From NCBI GenBank assembly GCA_021780155.1, contig JAJXZH010000032.1, positions 8,889-72,888 of the forward strand: a stretch of DNA of 64,000 nt. Direction: 5' to 3'. This DNA is from a bacterium. Lineage in GTDB: Bacteria > Patescibacteriota > Minisyncoccia > UBA6257 > JAGOQP01. Below are positions 36,214 through 46,600 of this stretch, piece by piece. The position numbers and the translations under genes were made by a program. The stretch's first letter is position 1, and each line of letters opens with the position of its first letter. The notes beneath the pieces were generated by a model. That model searched no databases, was not told where the DNA came from, and saw only the letters and a list, made by a program, of their open reading frames with translations.

Positions 36214-38319
36214 ATGACTGAAGAACAGGCAAAAGAAAGAATCGCCAAATTAAGAAAGTTTATAAATTATCACCGGACTTTATATCACACTTTTGATGAG
36301 CCGATTTTATCGGATGAAGCGTTTGATACTTTAAAAAACGAGCTTGAAGAATTGGAATACAAATTTCCCAATCTTGTTGTTGCAAATTCCCCCACTCAAG
36401 TCGTTGGAGGAAAGCCACTTGATAAGTTCACTAAAGTTAAGCATGAATTTCCGATGCTTTCTTTTGATGACGCTTTTTCCGACCAAGAGATGAAAGAATG
36501 GCTGGAGCGTCTGAAAAATTATCTTGGCAAATCGCTGATTGATGCCAATGACGCGCAGATTAATGCGGAAAGAAATTTACACAAGTTGGCGTCAAGTCAA
36601 CAAAAATTTGCGTCTTTATTTTATTGTGAATTAAAATTGGATGGACTCGCCATAGAACTGGTTTATGATAATGGAAATTTAGTGTTAGGGGCGACTCGAG
36701 GAGACGGAGTTTTAGGAGAGGACGTGACTCAAAACGTGAAAACAATACCGTCAATTCCTCAAAAACTTACTCAATTTGGTTTATGGAAAATTCCAAAACA
36801 TCTTGTGGTAAGGGGAGAAATTTTGGTTTCCAAAATAGAATTGGAAAGAATAAATAAAGAACAAGAAAAAAAAGGATTAAAAATGTTTGCTAACGTAAGG
36901 AATCTTGCCGCCGGTTCCATCCGCCAGCTTGATCCTAAAATTGCCACCTCAAGAAAATTGGAATCTTTTCAATATGACATCGTAAACAATTGCGGACAAA
37001 AAAATCACGAAGAGGAGCATAAAATGTTGGCCTCTTGGGGATTTAGCATAAATCCTCATAATCGTCCGGCAAAAGATCTAAAAGAAGTGATTGATTTCAG
37101 AAATTATTGGGAAAAGCGCAGAGAAAGTTTGGATTATGACATTGATGGAATTGTTGCCATCGTTAATGATAATAAAATTTTTGACTCCGCCGGAATTATC
37201 GGTAAAGCGCCCAGAGCGGCAATTGCTTATAAATTTTCTCCTCGTCAGGCATCAACTGTTGTTGAAGATGTCATTGTTCAAGTAGGGAGAACCGGAATTT
37301 TAACTCCGGTGGCGGTTTTAAAGCCGACGGAAGTTGGGGGGACGACAATTACTCACGCGACATTACATAATTTTGATGAAATAAAACGACTGGGATTGAA
37401 AATCGGAGACACGGTAATTGTTACTCGCGCCGGAGATGTTATCCCTAAAATCATCGGAGTTTACAAAGAGTTGAGAACGGGAAAAGAGAAGGAAATAAAG
37501 ATTCCGTCAGAATGTCCAATCGACAACGCGCCAATCAAAAAAGATGGAGTCTTTTTGAAATGTTCAAATCCCAGATGTGGGGCGATGAACAGAAATTCAA
37601 TAATTCATTTTGCTTCCCGAGACGCATTTGATATTAGGGGACTTGGAGACAAAATTGTTGATAGGTTTTTGGACGAAGGATTAATTTCTGGTTCGGCGGA
37701 CATTTTTCTTTTGAAAGAGGGCGACATTTCTTCTTTAAAAAAATTCGGAGAAAAGTCGGCTCAAAATATTATTAGTCAAATAGAAAAATCAAAAAAAATT
37801 TCATTAGACAGATTTATTTATGCGTTGGGAATTTTTCATGTCGGACAAGAAACGGCAAAAACTTTGGCAAAAAAATTTACGTCTTCTGGCAAGGGAATAT
37901 CTATTTTAGAACTTCAAAAATATTTTGAAAATTTATCTCAAGAGGAGCTTGAAGAAATATCCGATATCGGCCCCAAAGTGGCTTTGAGCATAAAAAATTG
38001 GTTTAAAGATTATCACAACCGACAATTTTTAAAGAAAATAGAAAAAGCCGGAGTAGAAGTTTTGGGATATTATGAAAAAAATAAGGGTATTTTTGCCGGT
38101 CTTAATATTTGTTTAACCGGAGGATTGAAATCGATGTCTCGCTCAAGAGCCAAAGAAATAATTGAAAACAATGGAGGGCATTTTAATTCGGAAATAACAT
38201 CAAAAACCGACATTGTCATTGTTGGCGACAACCCCGGTTCTAAATTAAAAAAAGCCAAAGATTTGAAAATAGAAATCTGGGATGAAAAAAAATTTTTAAA
38301 AAAAACGGGAGAAAAATAA
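36214..38319 (+). CDS. ligA: NAD-dependent DNA ligase with a short in-frame insertion before motif I
   Basis: ELKLDG, TRGDG, VGRTG, Zn finger, HhH, BRCT. Confidence 0.97.
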   Translation: MTEEQAKERIAKLRKFINYHRTLYHTFDEPILSDEAFDTLKNELEELEYKFPNLVVANSPTQVVGGKPLDKFTKVKHEFPMLSFDDAFSDQEMKEWLERLKNYLGKSLIDANDAQINAERNLHKLASSQQKFASLFYCELKLDGLAIELVYDNGNLVLGATRGDGVLGEDVTQNVKTIPSIPQKLTQFGLWKIPKHLVVRGEILVSKIELERINKEQEKKGLKMFANVRNLAAGSIRQLDPKIATSRKLESFQYDIVNNCGQKNHEEEHKMLASWGFSINPHNRPAKDLKEVIDFRNYWEKRRESLDYDIDGIVAIVNDNKIFDSAGIIGKAPRAAIAYKFSPRQASTVVEDVIVQVGRTGILTPVAVLKPTEVGGTTITHATLHNFDEIKRLGLKIGDTVIVTRAGDVIPKIIGVYKELRTGKEKEIKIPSECPIDNAPIKKDGVFLKCSNPRCGAMNRNSIIHFASRDAFDIRGLGDKIVDRFLDEGLISGSADIFLLKEGDISSLKKFGEKSAQNIISQIEKSKKISLDRFIYALGIFHVGQETAKTLAKKFTSSGKGISILELQKYFENLSQEELEEISDIGPKVALSIKNWFKDYHNRQFLKKIEKAGVEVLGYYEKNKGIFAGLNICLTGGLKSMSRSRAKEIIENNGGHFNSEITSKTDIVIVGDNPGSKLKKAKDLKIEIWDEKKFLKKTGEK

Positions 38320-38351
38320 TTTTTTACGATAAAATAAATGATATTGCTATT

Positions 38352-39854
38352 ATGAAAAAAGATTTAGGCACATTTTATAGATTGATGGAAATTTTACCGG
38401 CATTTTTAACATGGCTCACCGTTGTTTTGATGTTTCTTTTGTCGTGGAAAATTCCGATCGCGGTCGCCATTTTTATCATACTTTTTGATATTTATTGGTT
38501 GCTTAAAACTATTTATTTGTCTTTTCACTTAAAAAGCAGTTTTAATCGGCTCAAAAAAAACTTAAAGATAGATTGGTTAAAATCGTTGGATTTGAATCAA
38601 GAAACGGCTCAAAAATGGAAAGAAATTTATCATTTGATTATTTTGCCGATGTATCAGGAGCCGTATTCGGTTGTTAAAGAAACCTTTGATCGGTTGGCTG
38701 AATCTAATTATCCGCTTGATAAATTTTTGGTTGTTTTGGCTATTGAAGAAAGAGCCGGTAAGCAAGCGCAGGATGTGGCTTTGGAGATTGAAAAAAATTA
38801 TGGGAATAAATTTTTTAAATTTTTGATTTCCGTTCATCCGGATGGATTAGAGGGCGAAATTCCCGGCAAAGGCTCAAACGAATCATGGGCCGCCAAGAAG
38901 GCCAAGTCGGAAATAATCGATTCAATCGGCATTCCTTATGGCGATATATTGGTTTCTGTTTTTGATGTTGATACTCAGGTTTTTAAAAATTATTTTGGGA
39001 TTTTAACCGAAACGTTTTTGACCGAAAAAGACGGTCAATTTTCAAGTTATCAACCGGTGCCGTTATTTTTAAATAATATTTATCAAGCGCCGGCCCTGGC
39101 GAGAATTATAGGATTTTCTTCGACTTTTTGGCATTTGATGCAACAATCGCGGGCAGAAAAATTGACAACCTTTTCTTCTCATTCGGTTCCATTCAAGGCA
39201 CTTTGTGAGATTGATTTTTGGCAAAAAAATATAGTTTCCGAGGACTCGAGAATTTTTTGGCAATTTTTTCTTCATTTTGACGGTCATTGGAAAACGGTTC
39301 CTCTTTTTTATCCGGTCTCAATGGATGCCAATGTGGCACCAACATTTTGGGGGACAATGATGAATCTTTATAAACAACAAAGGCGATGGGCTTGGGGAAG
39401 CGAAAATGCCGCTTTTCTTTTTTCGGGATTTAAGAAGAATAAAAAAATATCTTTTGGGAAAAAAATCTATTGGACATTTCATTTGCTTGAGGGCTATCAT
39501 TCCTGGGCAACCAGTTCTTTGATTATTTTTGCCTTAGGTTGGCTTCCGATTATGCTGGGAGGAGTTTCTTTTGGAGCGACTTTAATTGCTTATAATTTAC
39601 CCAGCATTACCAGGTGGATTATGACTTTGGCTTCTTTGGGAATTGTCAGCTCCGCCTTCTTATCCATGGCTTTATTGCCACCAAAACCTTTCGAATTTAA
39701 AAAAATAAACAGTTTGTGGTATTTTTTTTCATGGATTTTAATGCCCGCGACACTTATATTTTTTGGATCTTTGCCGGCCATTGAAGCTCAAACGAGATTG
39801 GCTTTGTCCGGGAAATTCAGCTTGGATTTTTGGGTGACGCCAAAGCATAGATGA
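38352..39854 (+). CDS. Membrane glycosyltransferase family 2
   Basis: GKGSN, DVD, SED, QQRRW motifs; multiple TM. Confidence 0.85.
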   Translation: MKKDLGTFYRLMEILPAFLTWLTVVLMFLLSWKIPIAVAIFIILFDIYWLLKTIYLSFHLKSSFNRLKKNLKIDWLKSLDLNQETAQKWKEIYHLIILPMYQEPYSVVKETFDRLAESNYPLDKFLVVLAIEERAGKQAQDVALEIEKNYGNKFFKFLISVHPDGLEGEIPGKGSNESWAAKKAKSEIIDSIGIPYGDILVSVFDVDTQVFKNYFGILTETFLTEKDGQFSSYQPVPLFLNNIYQAPALARIIGFSSTFWHLMQQSRAEKLTTFSSHSVPFKALCEIDFWQKNIVSEDSRIFWQFFLHFDGHWKTVPLFYPVSMDANVAPTFWGTMMNLYKQQRRWAWGSENAAFLFSGFKKNKKISFGKKIYWTFHLLEGYHSWATSSLIIFALGWLPIMLGGVSFGATLIAYNLPSITRWIMTLASLGIVSSAFLSMALLPPKPFEFKKINSLWYFFSWILMPATLIFFGSLPAIEAQTRLALSGKFSLDFWVTPKHR

Positions 39855-39889
39855 TTTAAAATAAAAAAATTAATTTTAATTTAAAAACG

Positions 39890-41035
39890 ATGATTATACT
39901 GGCAATTGAGACAAGTTGCGATGAAACCGCCATTGCTCTCGTGGAGGCAAGAGGCGGAATAAATAATTTTGAATTTAAAATTATAAAAAGTTTAGTTGCC
40001 TCTCAGATAAAACTTCATGCCAAGTTTGGCGGCGTTGTTCCCAATTTGGCAAAAAGAGAACATCTTAAAAATCTTCCGATTCTTTTGGATAAAATAATGA
40101 ATGCCAAATACAAAATACGGGATATAGATTTGATTGCCGTTACTGTTGGTCCCGGACTTGAGCCGGCGCTTTGGACGGGGGTGCAATTTGCCAAAGAACT
40201 TTCCGATAAATATAAAAAACCGATTATTGGCGTTAATCATCTTGAGGGTCATTTATATAGTTTTTTGTTATCGCAAAAATCAGTAAATATCAAACATCAG
40301 TCTGGAAATTTTGGGAAAATACAAAATATAAAATACAAAATAAAAAGTGCGTCCAATTTATTTCCGGCAATTTCTCTGATTGTGAGTGGCGGACACACGA
40401 TTCTGTCTGAATTAAAAAATATAAAAAAATATGAAAAGTTGGGAGAGACATTGGATGACGCAGTGGGCGAATCGTTCGATAAGGTGGCTCGTTTATTAAA
40501 TCTTCCTTATCCGGGAGGTCCGGCATTGGAAAAATTGGCAAAACAAGGAGATGAAAAATCAATTTCTTTCCCATCGCCAATGATAAATCAAAACAATTAT
40601 AATTTTAGTTATTCGGGACTCAAAACTTCCGTTTTGTATTATTTAAAAAATCTTGGCTCAACCGCGGGCGATTTTTCACTTTCAACCAAAGAAAAAAATA
40701 ATCTGAGAAAAATAGAATCCAAAAAAAATATCAGAGCAGATATTGCGGCTTCATTTCAGCGTGCCGCTTTTAGTTCTCTTGTTAAGAAAGCGCTGCGTGC
40801 TGTCAAAGAAAAAAAGGCAAAAACCATTGTTATTGGTGGCGGAGTAGCGGCAAACAAAAATCTTCATGATTTTTTTATTTCGGAAATAGAAAAAAACAAT
40901 TTGAAAATCAGGCTGATTTTTCCTCCATTGGAGTATTGTATGGATAATGGCGTAATGATTGCTTTGGCGGCATACATAAATAAATCAAAACACAACAAAT
41001 ACCCCATAAAGGCCAACAGCAACTTGAACTTATAA
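39890..41035 (+). CDS. tsaD: tRNA t6A synthase TsaD
   Basis: LAIETSCDET, NHLEGH, VSGGHT, DDAVGESFDK, DNGVMIA. Confidence 0.96.
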   Translation: MIILAIETSCDETAIALVEARGGINNFEFKIIKSLVASQIKLHAKFGGVVPNLAKREHLKNLPILLDKIMNAKYKIRDIDLIAVTVGPGLEPALWTGVQFAKELSDKYKKPIIGVNHLEGHLYSFLLSQKSVNIKHQSGNFGKIQNIKYKIKSASNLFPAISLIVSGGHTILSELKNIKKYEKLGETLDDAVGESFDKVARLLNLPYPGGPALEKLAKQGDEKSISFPSPMINQNNYNFSYSGLKTSVLYYLKNLGSTAGDFSLSTKEKNNLRKIESKKNIRADIAASFQRAAFSSLVKKALRAVKEKKAKTIVIGGGVAANKNLHDFFISEIEKNNLKIRLIFPPLEYCMDNGVMIALAAYINKSKHNKYPIKANSNLNL

Positions 41036-41060
41036 AAAAGCGCCCTTTTGTTTTGGCGCT

Positions 41061-41306
41061 TCAAAATGATACATTGTCTATGAAAAGTCCGTCGGCAATT
41101 TTGTGGCGAGAGATTTCAATCAGCTTTTTTTCCCGCCAATTGGACCGTTTCATTAGGGCGGCGATAGTCGGATTTTGAGAGGCAATCTCAATGACTTTGG
41201 TTAAATTGGCTCTTTTAAATTCTTCCACAAAGATTATCGTTGTGATTGTTTTTTGACTTCCTCTGTATAAAAAACTTTGATTGATTTTGAAAATGTAGGC
41301 AGTCAT
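41061..41306 (-). CDS. Hypothetical protein (second gene of an ORFan unit)
   Basis: ATGA overlap with the upstream ORF; AAGGA RBS. Confidence 0.5.
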   Translation of the reverse strand: MTAYIFKINQSFLYRGSQKTITTIIFVEEFKRANLTKVIEIASQNPTIAALMKRSNWREKKLIEISRHKIADGLFIDNVSF

Positions 41307-41608
41307 TTCTCTTCCTTATCCTTCCCATTTTTTGTGAGAATAATGTTTTGGCCAATAGTAAGTTGAGAGATACCCAAACGATTTTCTCCCATCTGATGAA
41401 AAACAAATGTTTCGGTGTCTATGACTATGCTTTTTGTTGATTCTTTTATTGATTTCCCTCCGATTATTTTTTTGAGATCGCCTATGTCAATTGTTATCTC
41501 TCCGGAAACAACGCTGATATCATTGATTATTCCGCTATAAATTTGAAAGTCGATAATTTCAATGGATCCGCCTTTAAATTTTTTAAGCTGAGAGTCCGTG
41601 ATGTTCAT
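41303..41608 (-). CDS. Hypothetical protein (ORFan unit)
   Basis: TTGACA-16-TATATT promoter, AAGGAG RBS. Confidence 0.6.
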   Translation of the reverse strand: MNITDSQLKKFKGGSIEIIDFQIYSGIINDISVVSGEITIDIGDLKKIIGGKSIKESTKSIVIDTETFVFHQMGENRLGISQLTIGQNIILTKNGKDKEEK

Positions 41609-41722
41609 CCGTCTTCTCCTTTTTGCCGTTTGATTTTAAAGATCTTGTTTTAATATACTGATTATTTATATTGTGTCAAGTTTTGTTTTTTGATTTTTTA
41701 AGTGATAAAGTTAATTTAATTT

Positions 41723-42796
41723 ATGAATTCAATTTTCAGAAAAATAGATTGGCAGATGATGGTTTCCATTTTTATCTTGATTTCTGCCGGATTATTAAGC
41801 TTGTTTAGTTCAAGCGCTGATTTTTTTCACAAACAGATTTATTGGATAATTTTAGCTTTGGCCTTATTTGTTTTTCTTGTTTTTGTGGACTTAAGGTCTT
41901 TTTTTAGTCATCGATCGGTTGTTAGGGGAATTTATGTTTTAATGGTTATTATTTTGATTTTTGCTCTTTTATTTGCTCCGAGAATAAAAGGGAATCGTTC
42001 CTGGATAGTTTTTGGTCCGTTTCAATTTCAACCTTCGGAATTTGCCAAAGTCGTTTTGATTATTGCTTTGGCTTATTTTTTCTCAAAATCTCATGTTGGA
42101 ATTGGAAGGTGGAAAATTGTTTTGAATTCGTTTTTTTATTTTGCTCTTTTGGGAATAATTGTGGCGGCGCTTCCGGATATGGGATCAGCTTTTGTTTTAT
42201 TTGCTCTGTGGTTTGGATTTGTATTGGTTTCCGGAATGCCATTTAAAAAAATTGTTATATCTTCATTGGTTTTTATTTTTATTTTTGTTTTGATGTGGTC
42301 TTTTATTTTTAAGCCGTATCAGAAAGAAAGAATTTTAGGGGTTCTCTTGCCTCAAAGCGATCCATTGGGCGCAAATTATCACGCCATTCAATCCAAAATT
42401 GCCATAGGTTCGGGGGGGATTTTTGGTCAAGGTTTTAGGCAGGGAACTCAGGTGCAACTTGGATTTCTTCCGGAAGCTCAAACCGATTTTATATTTGCCG
42501 CCATTGCCGAAGAAGGCGGATTGTTGGCGATGATTATATTGCTCGGCGCTTTTGGCTGGCTGGTTTTGAGAATTATAAAAATGGCAAGCATGATAGAGGG
42601 CAATTTTGACAAATTTTTGTGTTTGGGGACGGCAATTTTGTTTTTGTCTCAATTCGTTTTGAATGTTGGCTCTAATTTGGGAGTTCTGCCGATTGTAGGA
42701 GTTACTTTTCCTTTTGTGAGTTATGGCGGATCAAGCTTGATTGCCAATACTATTTTAGTGGGGATGATGCAGTCGGCTTGGGTTAAGCGAAGATAA
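41723..42796 (+). CDS. rodA: SEDS family peptidoglycan polymerase, RodA-like
   Basis: FQPSEFAK, PDMGS, QSKIAIGSGG, PEAQTDFIF, SYGGSS. Confidence 0.88.
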   Translation: MNSIFRKIDWQMMVSIFILISAGLLSLFSSSADFFHKQIYWIILALALFVFLVFVDLRSFFSHRSVVRGIYVLMVIILIFALLFAPRIKGNRSWIVFGPFQFQPSEFAKVVLIIALAYFFSKSHVGIGRWKIVLNSFFYFALLGIIVAALPDMGSAFVLFALWFGFVLVSGMPFKKIVISSLVFIFIFVLMWSFIFKPYQKERILGVLLPQSDPLGANYHAIQSKIAIGSGGIFGQGFRQGTQVQLGFLPEAQTDFIFAAIAEEGGLLAMIILLGAFGWLVLRIIKMASMIEGNFDKFLCLGTAILFLSQFVLNVGSNLGVLPIVGVTFPFVSYGGSSLIANTILVGMMQSAWVKRR

Positions 42797-42806
42797 CAGG
42801 GCGCAA

Positions 42807-43370
42807 ATGAAGCAAAAAATAATAAAAAATAATTTTTTTAAAAACAATCCTGAATTTGTTGCCAAAAATCTTTTGGGCAAGGTTATAGTCAGAAAAATAA
42901 AAAACAGAGAGATAAAAATATTAATTTTAGAAACCGAAGCTTATTTGGGAGAAAATGATTTGGCATCTCACGCTCATTTTGGGAAAACCGAAAGAAATAA
43001 AGCGATGTTTGAAGATGGGGGTATTTGGTATGTTTATTTGGTTTATGGAATACACTGGCTTTTAAATATCGTCACCGAAAAACAAGACAAGCCGTCGGCT
43101 GTTTTAATCAGGAGAGGACTTTCTTTAAATAAAACCAAAAAAATTTTAAATGGTCCGGCAATTGTCGCGCGAACTTTGAAAATTGACGGAAAATTTTATG
43201 GCAAAAAAAGTTTGAGAGAATCAGGGTTATGGATTGAAGATTGGGGGATTGATTTAAAAAAAATAAAGATAAGAAAACTTACCAGGGTTGGAGTCGATTA
43301 TGCCGGCAGATGGGCTGATAAAAAATTAAGGTTTAATCTTGATAATTTAGAGGAATTAGCTATTTTTTGA
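42807..43370 (+). CDS. mpg: 3-methyladenine DNA glycosylase (MPG/AAG type)
   Basis: VAKNLLGK, ETEAYLG, YVYLVYG, AVLIR, NGP, RVGV. Confidence 0.92.
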   Translation: MKQKIIKNNFFKNNPEFVAKNLLGKVIVRKIKNREIKILILETEAYLGENDLASHAHFGKTERNKAMFEDGGIWYVYLVYGIHWLLNIVTEKQDKPSAVLIRRGLSLNKTKKILNGPAIVARTLKIDGKFYGKKSLRESGLWIEDWGIDLKKIKIRKLTRVGVDYAGRWADKKLRFNLDNLEELAIF

Positions 43371-43653
43371 ATAAATAGCTCAAAATGAGATGTTTGAGCC
43401 GGGCGTTCTTTTGGGGGGGGCTTGATTTTTATTTTTTAATATGGCATTATTACTTTAACTTCTGCCACCGATTTTTTGGATAATTTTTAAATTAAGGCGA
43501 CTTTTGTCAATTTCGAAAAATGTGAATTTGACAAGTCCCAAATTTATAGTGTTTAACACCAATTAATTTTATAAAATTGACAAAAATAATCCTCTCGCAT
43601 ACGGAGACGGGGGGATTGATTTTTTTGCGTAAATAAAATAATTAAAATTTTTT

Positions 43654-46600
43654 ATGTCGACAAAAAATATTGAGGTCAAAAAATTCTCTACTCACCCGGG
43701 CGATTTCATAAAAATTCCTTTTATGGGAGAGATCCAATTCAATTCTTGGAATTGGTTTTTAAAAAAAGGGATTAAAGAACTTTTTAAGGAGATATCTCCA
43801 ATCAGAGATTATACGACAAAAGAATACGAACTTTATTTTGAAGATTATGCTTTTGACGAGCCGAAATTTTCCGAAGAAGAATCATGGCAGAGAAGTTCAA
43901 CTTTTGAGGCCTCTTTGAGGGCTAAAGTTCGTTTGGTTAATTTAAATACAAAAAGAGAGGTTGTCCAAGAGGTGTATCTTGGAGATTATCCGATGATGAC
44001 CAAAAGAGGAACGTTTACTATAAATGGAGTTGAAAGAGTGGTTGTTTCTCAATTTATAAGATCATCGGGAGTTTATTTCAATGCCAGAGCCATAAGAGGT
44101 AAAAAATATTTTGGCGCTAAAATTATTCCAGATAGAGGAAGTTGGATGGAGTTTGAGACCGAAGCCGATGGATTTATTGGAGTTAAAATAGATAAACACA
44201 GAAAGGTGGCGGTTACCGACCTTTTGAGGGTGTTTGGGTTGGAACACAACGAAGATATTTTAAAAACATTTTCCGACACAGACAATGGCCAAATCAAATA
44301 CATTCAAGCAACCTTAAAAAAGGATGCCGCTTCAGATGTCTCAAATTCTTATGTTGAAATTTATAAGAGATTAAGGCCGGGAGATTTAGCCAGCCCGGAA
44401 AATGCCAAAGGACTGATAGATGGAATGTTTAAGCGATCCGATAGGTTTTCTTTGTCTGAAGTTGGTCGCTACAAAATGAATCAGAGATTATCCGTTTCAT
44501 CCAAAGAAAAAATAGATACTCAGCTCATTCGTCTTGAAGATTTGATTTTAATTGTTAAAGAAATAATCAGATTGAATAATGATGACCATGCGGAGCCGGA
44601 TGATATTGATTCTCTTTCCAATAGACGCGTCAGATCGGTCGGAGAATTGCTTCAATCAAGAATGAGAGTTGGTTTTGCCAGAATGAGAAGAATTATTCAG
44701 GACAGAATGTCTACCTTGGAAGTGGAACAAGTTACTCCATTACAATTAATTAATCCAAAGCCACTTTCTTCGGTTGCCAGAGAATTTTTGATTTCTTCGC
44801 AGCTTTCCCAATTTATGGATCAAGTTAATCCGTTGGCGGAGCTTTCTCATAAAAGAAGATTATCAGCCTTGGGTCCCGGAGGACTAACTCGCGAACGAGC
44901 CGGCTTTGAGGTGCGCGATGTTCACGAATCTCATTATGGGAGAATTTGTCCGGTAGAAACTCCGGAAGGACAAAATATCGGTCTTATAAACCATCTATCT
45001 AATTTTGCCAGAGTTAATGATTATGGTTTTTTGGAAACTCCTTATGCCAAAGTAAAAAATGGAAAAGTTACCGATGAAATAGTTTGGATGACGGCTGCCG
45101 AAGAAAAAAAACATAAAATTGCCGAAGGAGGAGTAGCGCTTGATAATTTAAAAAGGATTGTAAATGAATCGGTTGAAGCGAGAATCAATGGAGAGCCGGA
45201 AGTTTGTTCAAAAGAGGATGTTGATTTTATAGACGTTTCTCCAACTCAAGTAATCAGTGGGGCAACAAATCTTATCCCATTTTTGGAGCATGACGATGGA
45301 AACAGGGCTTTGATGGGAGCAAACATGCAAAGACAAGCCGTCCCTTCTATTAGAGCTGAGGCTCCTTTGGTTGGAACCGGAATTGAAGAGCAAATCGCCA
45401 AAGATTCCGGAAGAGTAATTATGGCCATAGAAGATGGAGAGGTAATAGAATCCGACGCTCGCCATATTGTTGTTAAAAATAAAAATGGTTCCAAAAATTA
45501 TTATGATGTTTTGAAATTCAGGCGCTCAAACCAATATACTTCTATTAACAATAAGACTATCGCTAAGGTTGGGCAAAAAGTAAAAAAAGGAGATGTTTTA
45601 GCCGATGGTCCGGCGACTGAAAATGGAGTGTTGGCTTTGGGACAAAACCTTTTGGTTGCCTTCATACCTTATTTTGGAGGAAATTATGACGACTCAATTG
45701 CTATTTCGGAAATTGTCGCAAGACAAGATAGATTCACCTCTATTTATATAGAAGATTTTTCATGCGATGTGAGAGATACCAAACTTGGACCTGAAGTTAC
45801 CACCTCAGACATTCCCAATGTTTCGGAGGATAAATTAAGAAATCTCGATGAAGAGGGAGTTATCAGAATCGGCGCGGAAATCAGAGCCGGAGATATTTTG
45901 GTCGGAAAAATATCACCCAAAGGAGAAACCGAACTTACAGCCGAAGAAAAACTATTGCGTTCCATCTTTGGAGAGAAAGCAAGAGACGTTAAAGATTCGT
46001 CTTTATATCTTCCTCACGGAAAATCAGGAAGAGTTATCGGTATAAAAGTTTTTTCAAGAGAAAGAGGCGACAAACTTGAGCCGGGAATAATAAAAAGAAT
46101 TCAAGTTGAAGTGGCTCAATTGAGAAAAATAAGAGCCGGAGACAAGCTTGCGGGTAGACACGGAAACAAAGGAGTTATTTCGAGAATTTTTCCGGTTGAA
46201 GATATGCCTTATTTAGCCGACGGCACTCCGGTTGATATTGTGTTAAATCCTCTCGGAGTCGCTTCGCGTATGAATTTGGGACAAATTTTGGAAACTCATT
46301 TGGGAATGGCTGCAAAAAAGTTGAATTACAGAGCAGTAAGCGAGGTTTTCGTCGGAGCCACCGAAGAAGAAATAAGCGCCGAACTTAAAAAGGCGGGATA
46401 TCCGGAAAATGGAAAACTTGCCGTTTATAACGGAAAGACCGGAAAGAAATTTGACCAAGATGCGACTGTCGGATACATTTATATGCTTAAACTTAATCAC
46501 TTAGTTGAAGATAAAATACACATGCGTTCAATTGGTCCTTATTCTTTGGTTACTCAACAGCCACTTGGAGGAAAGGCTCAATTTGGAGGCCAGAGATTTG

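Noticed and set aside
43371-43653. Structured leader upstream of rpoB (aatcctctcg...cggggggatt)
   Set aside because: A single modest hairpin; cannot be distinguished from ordinary promoter or terminator sequence
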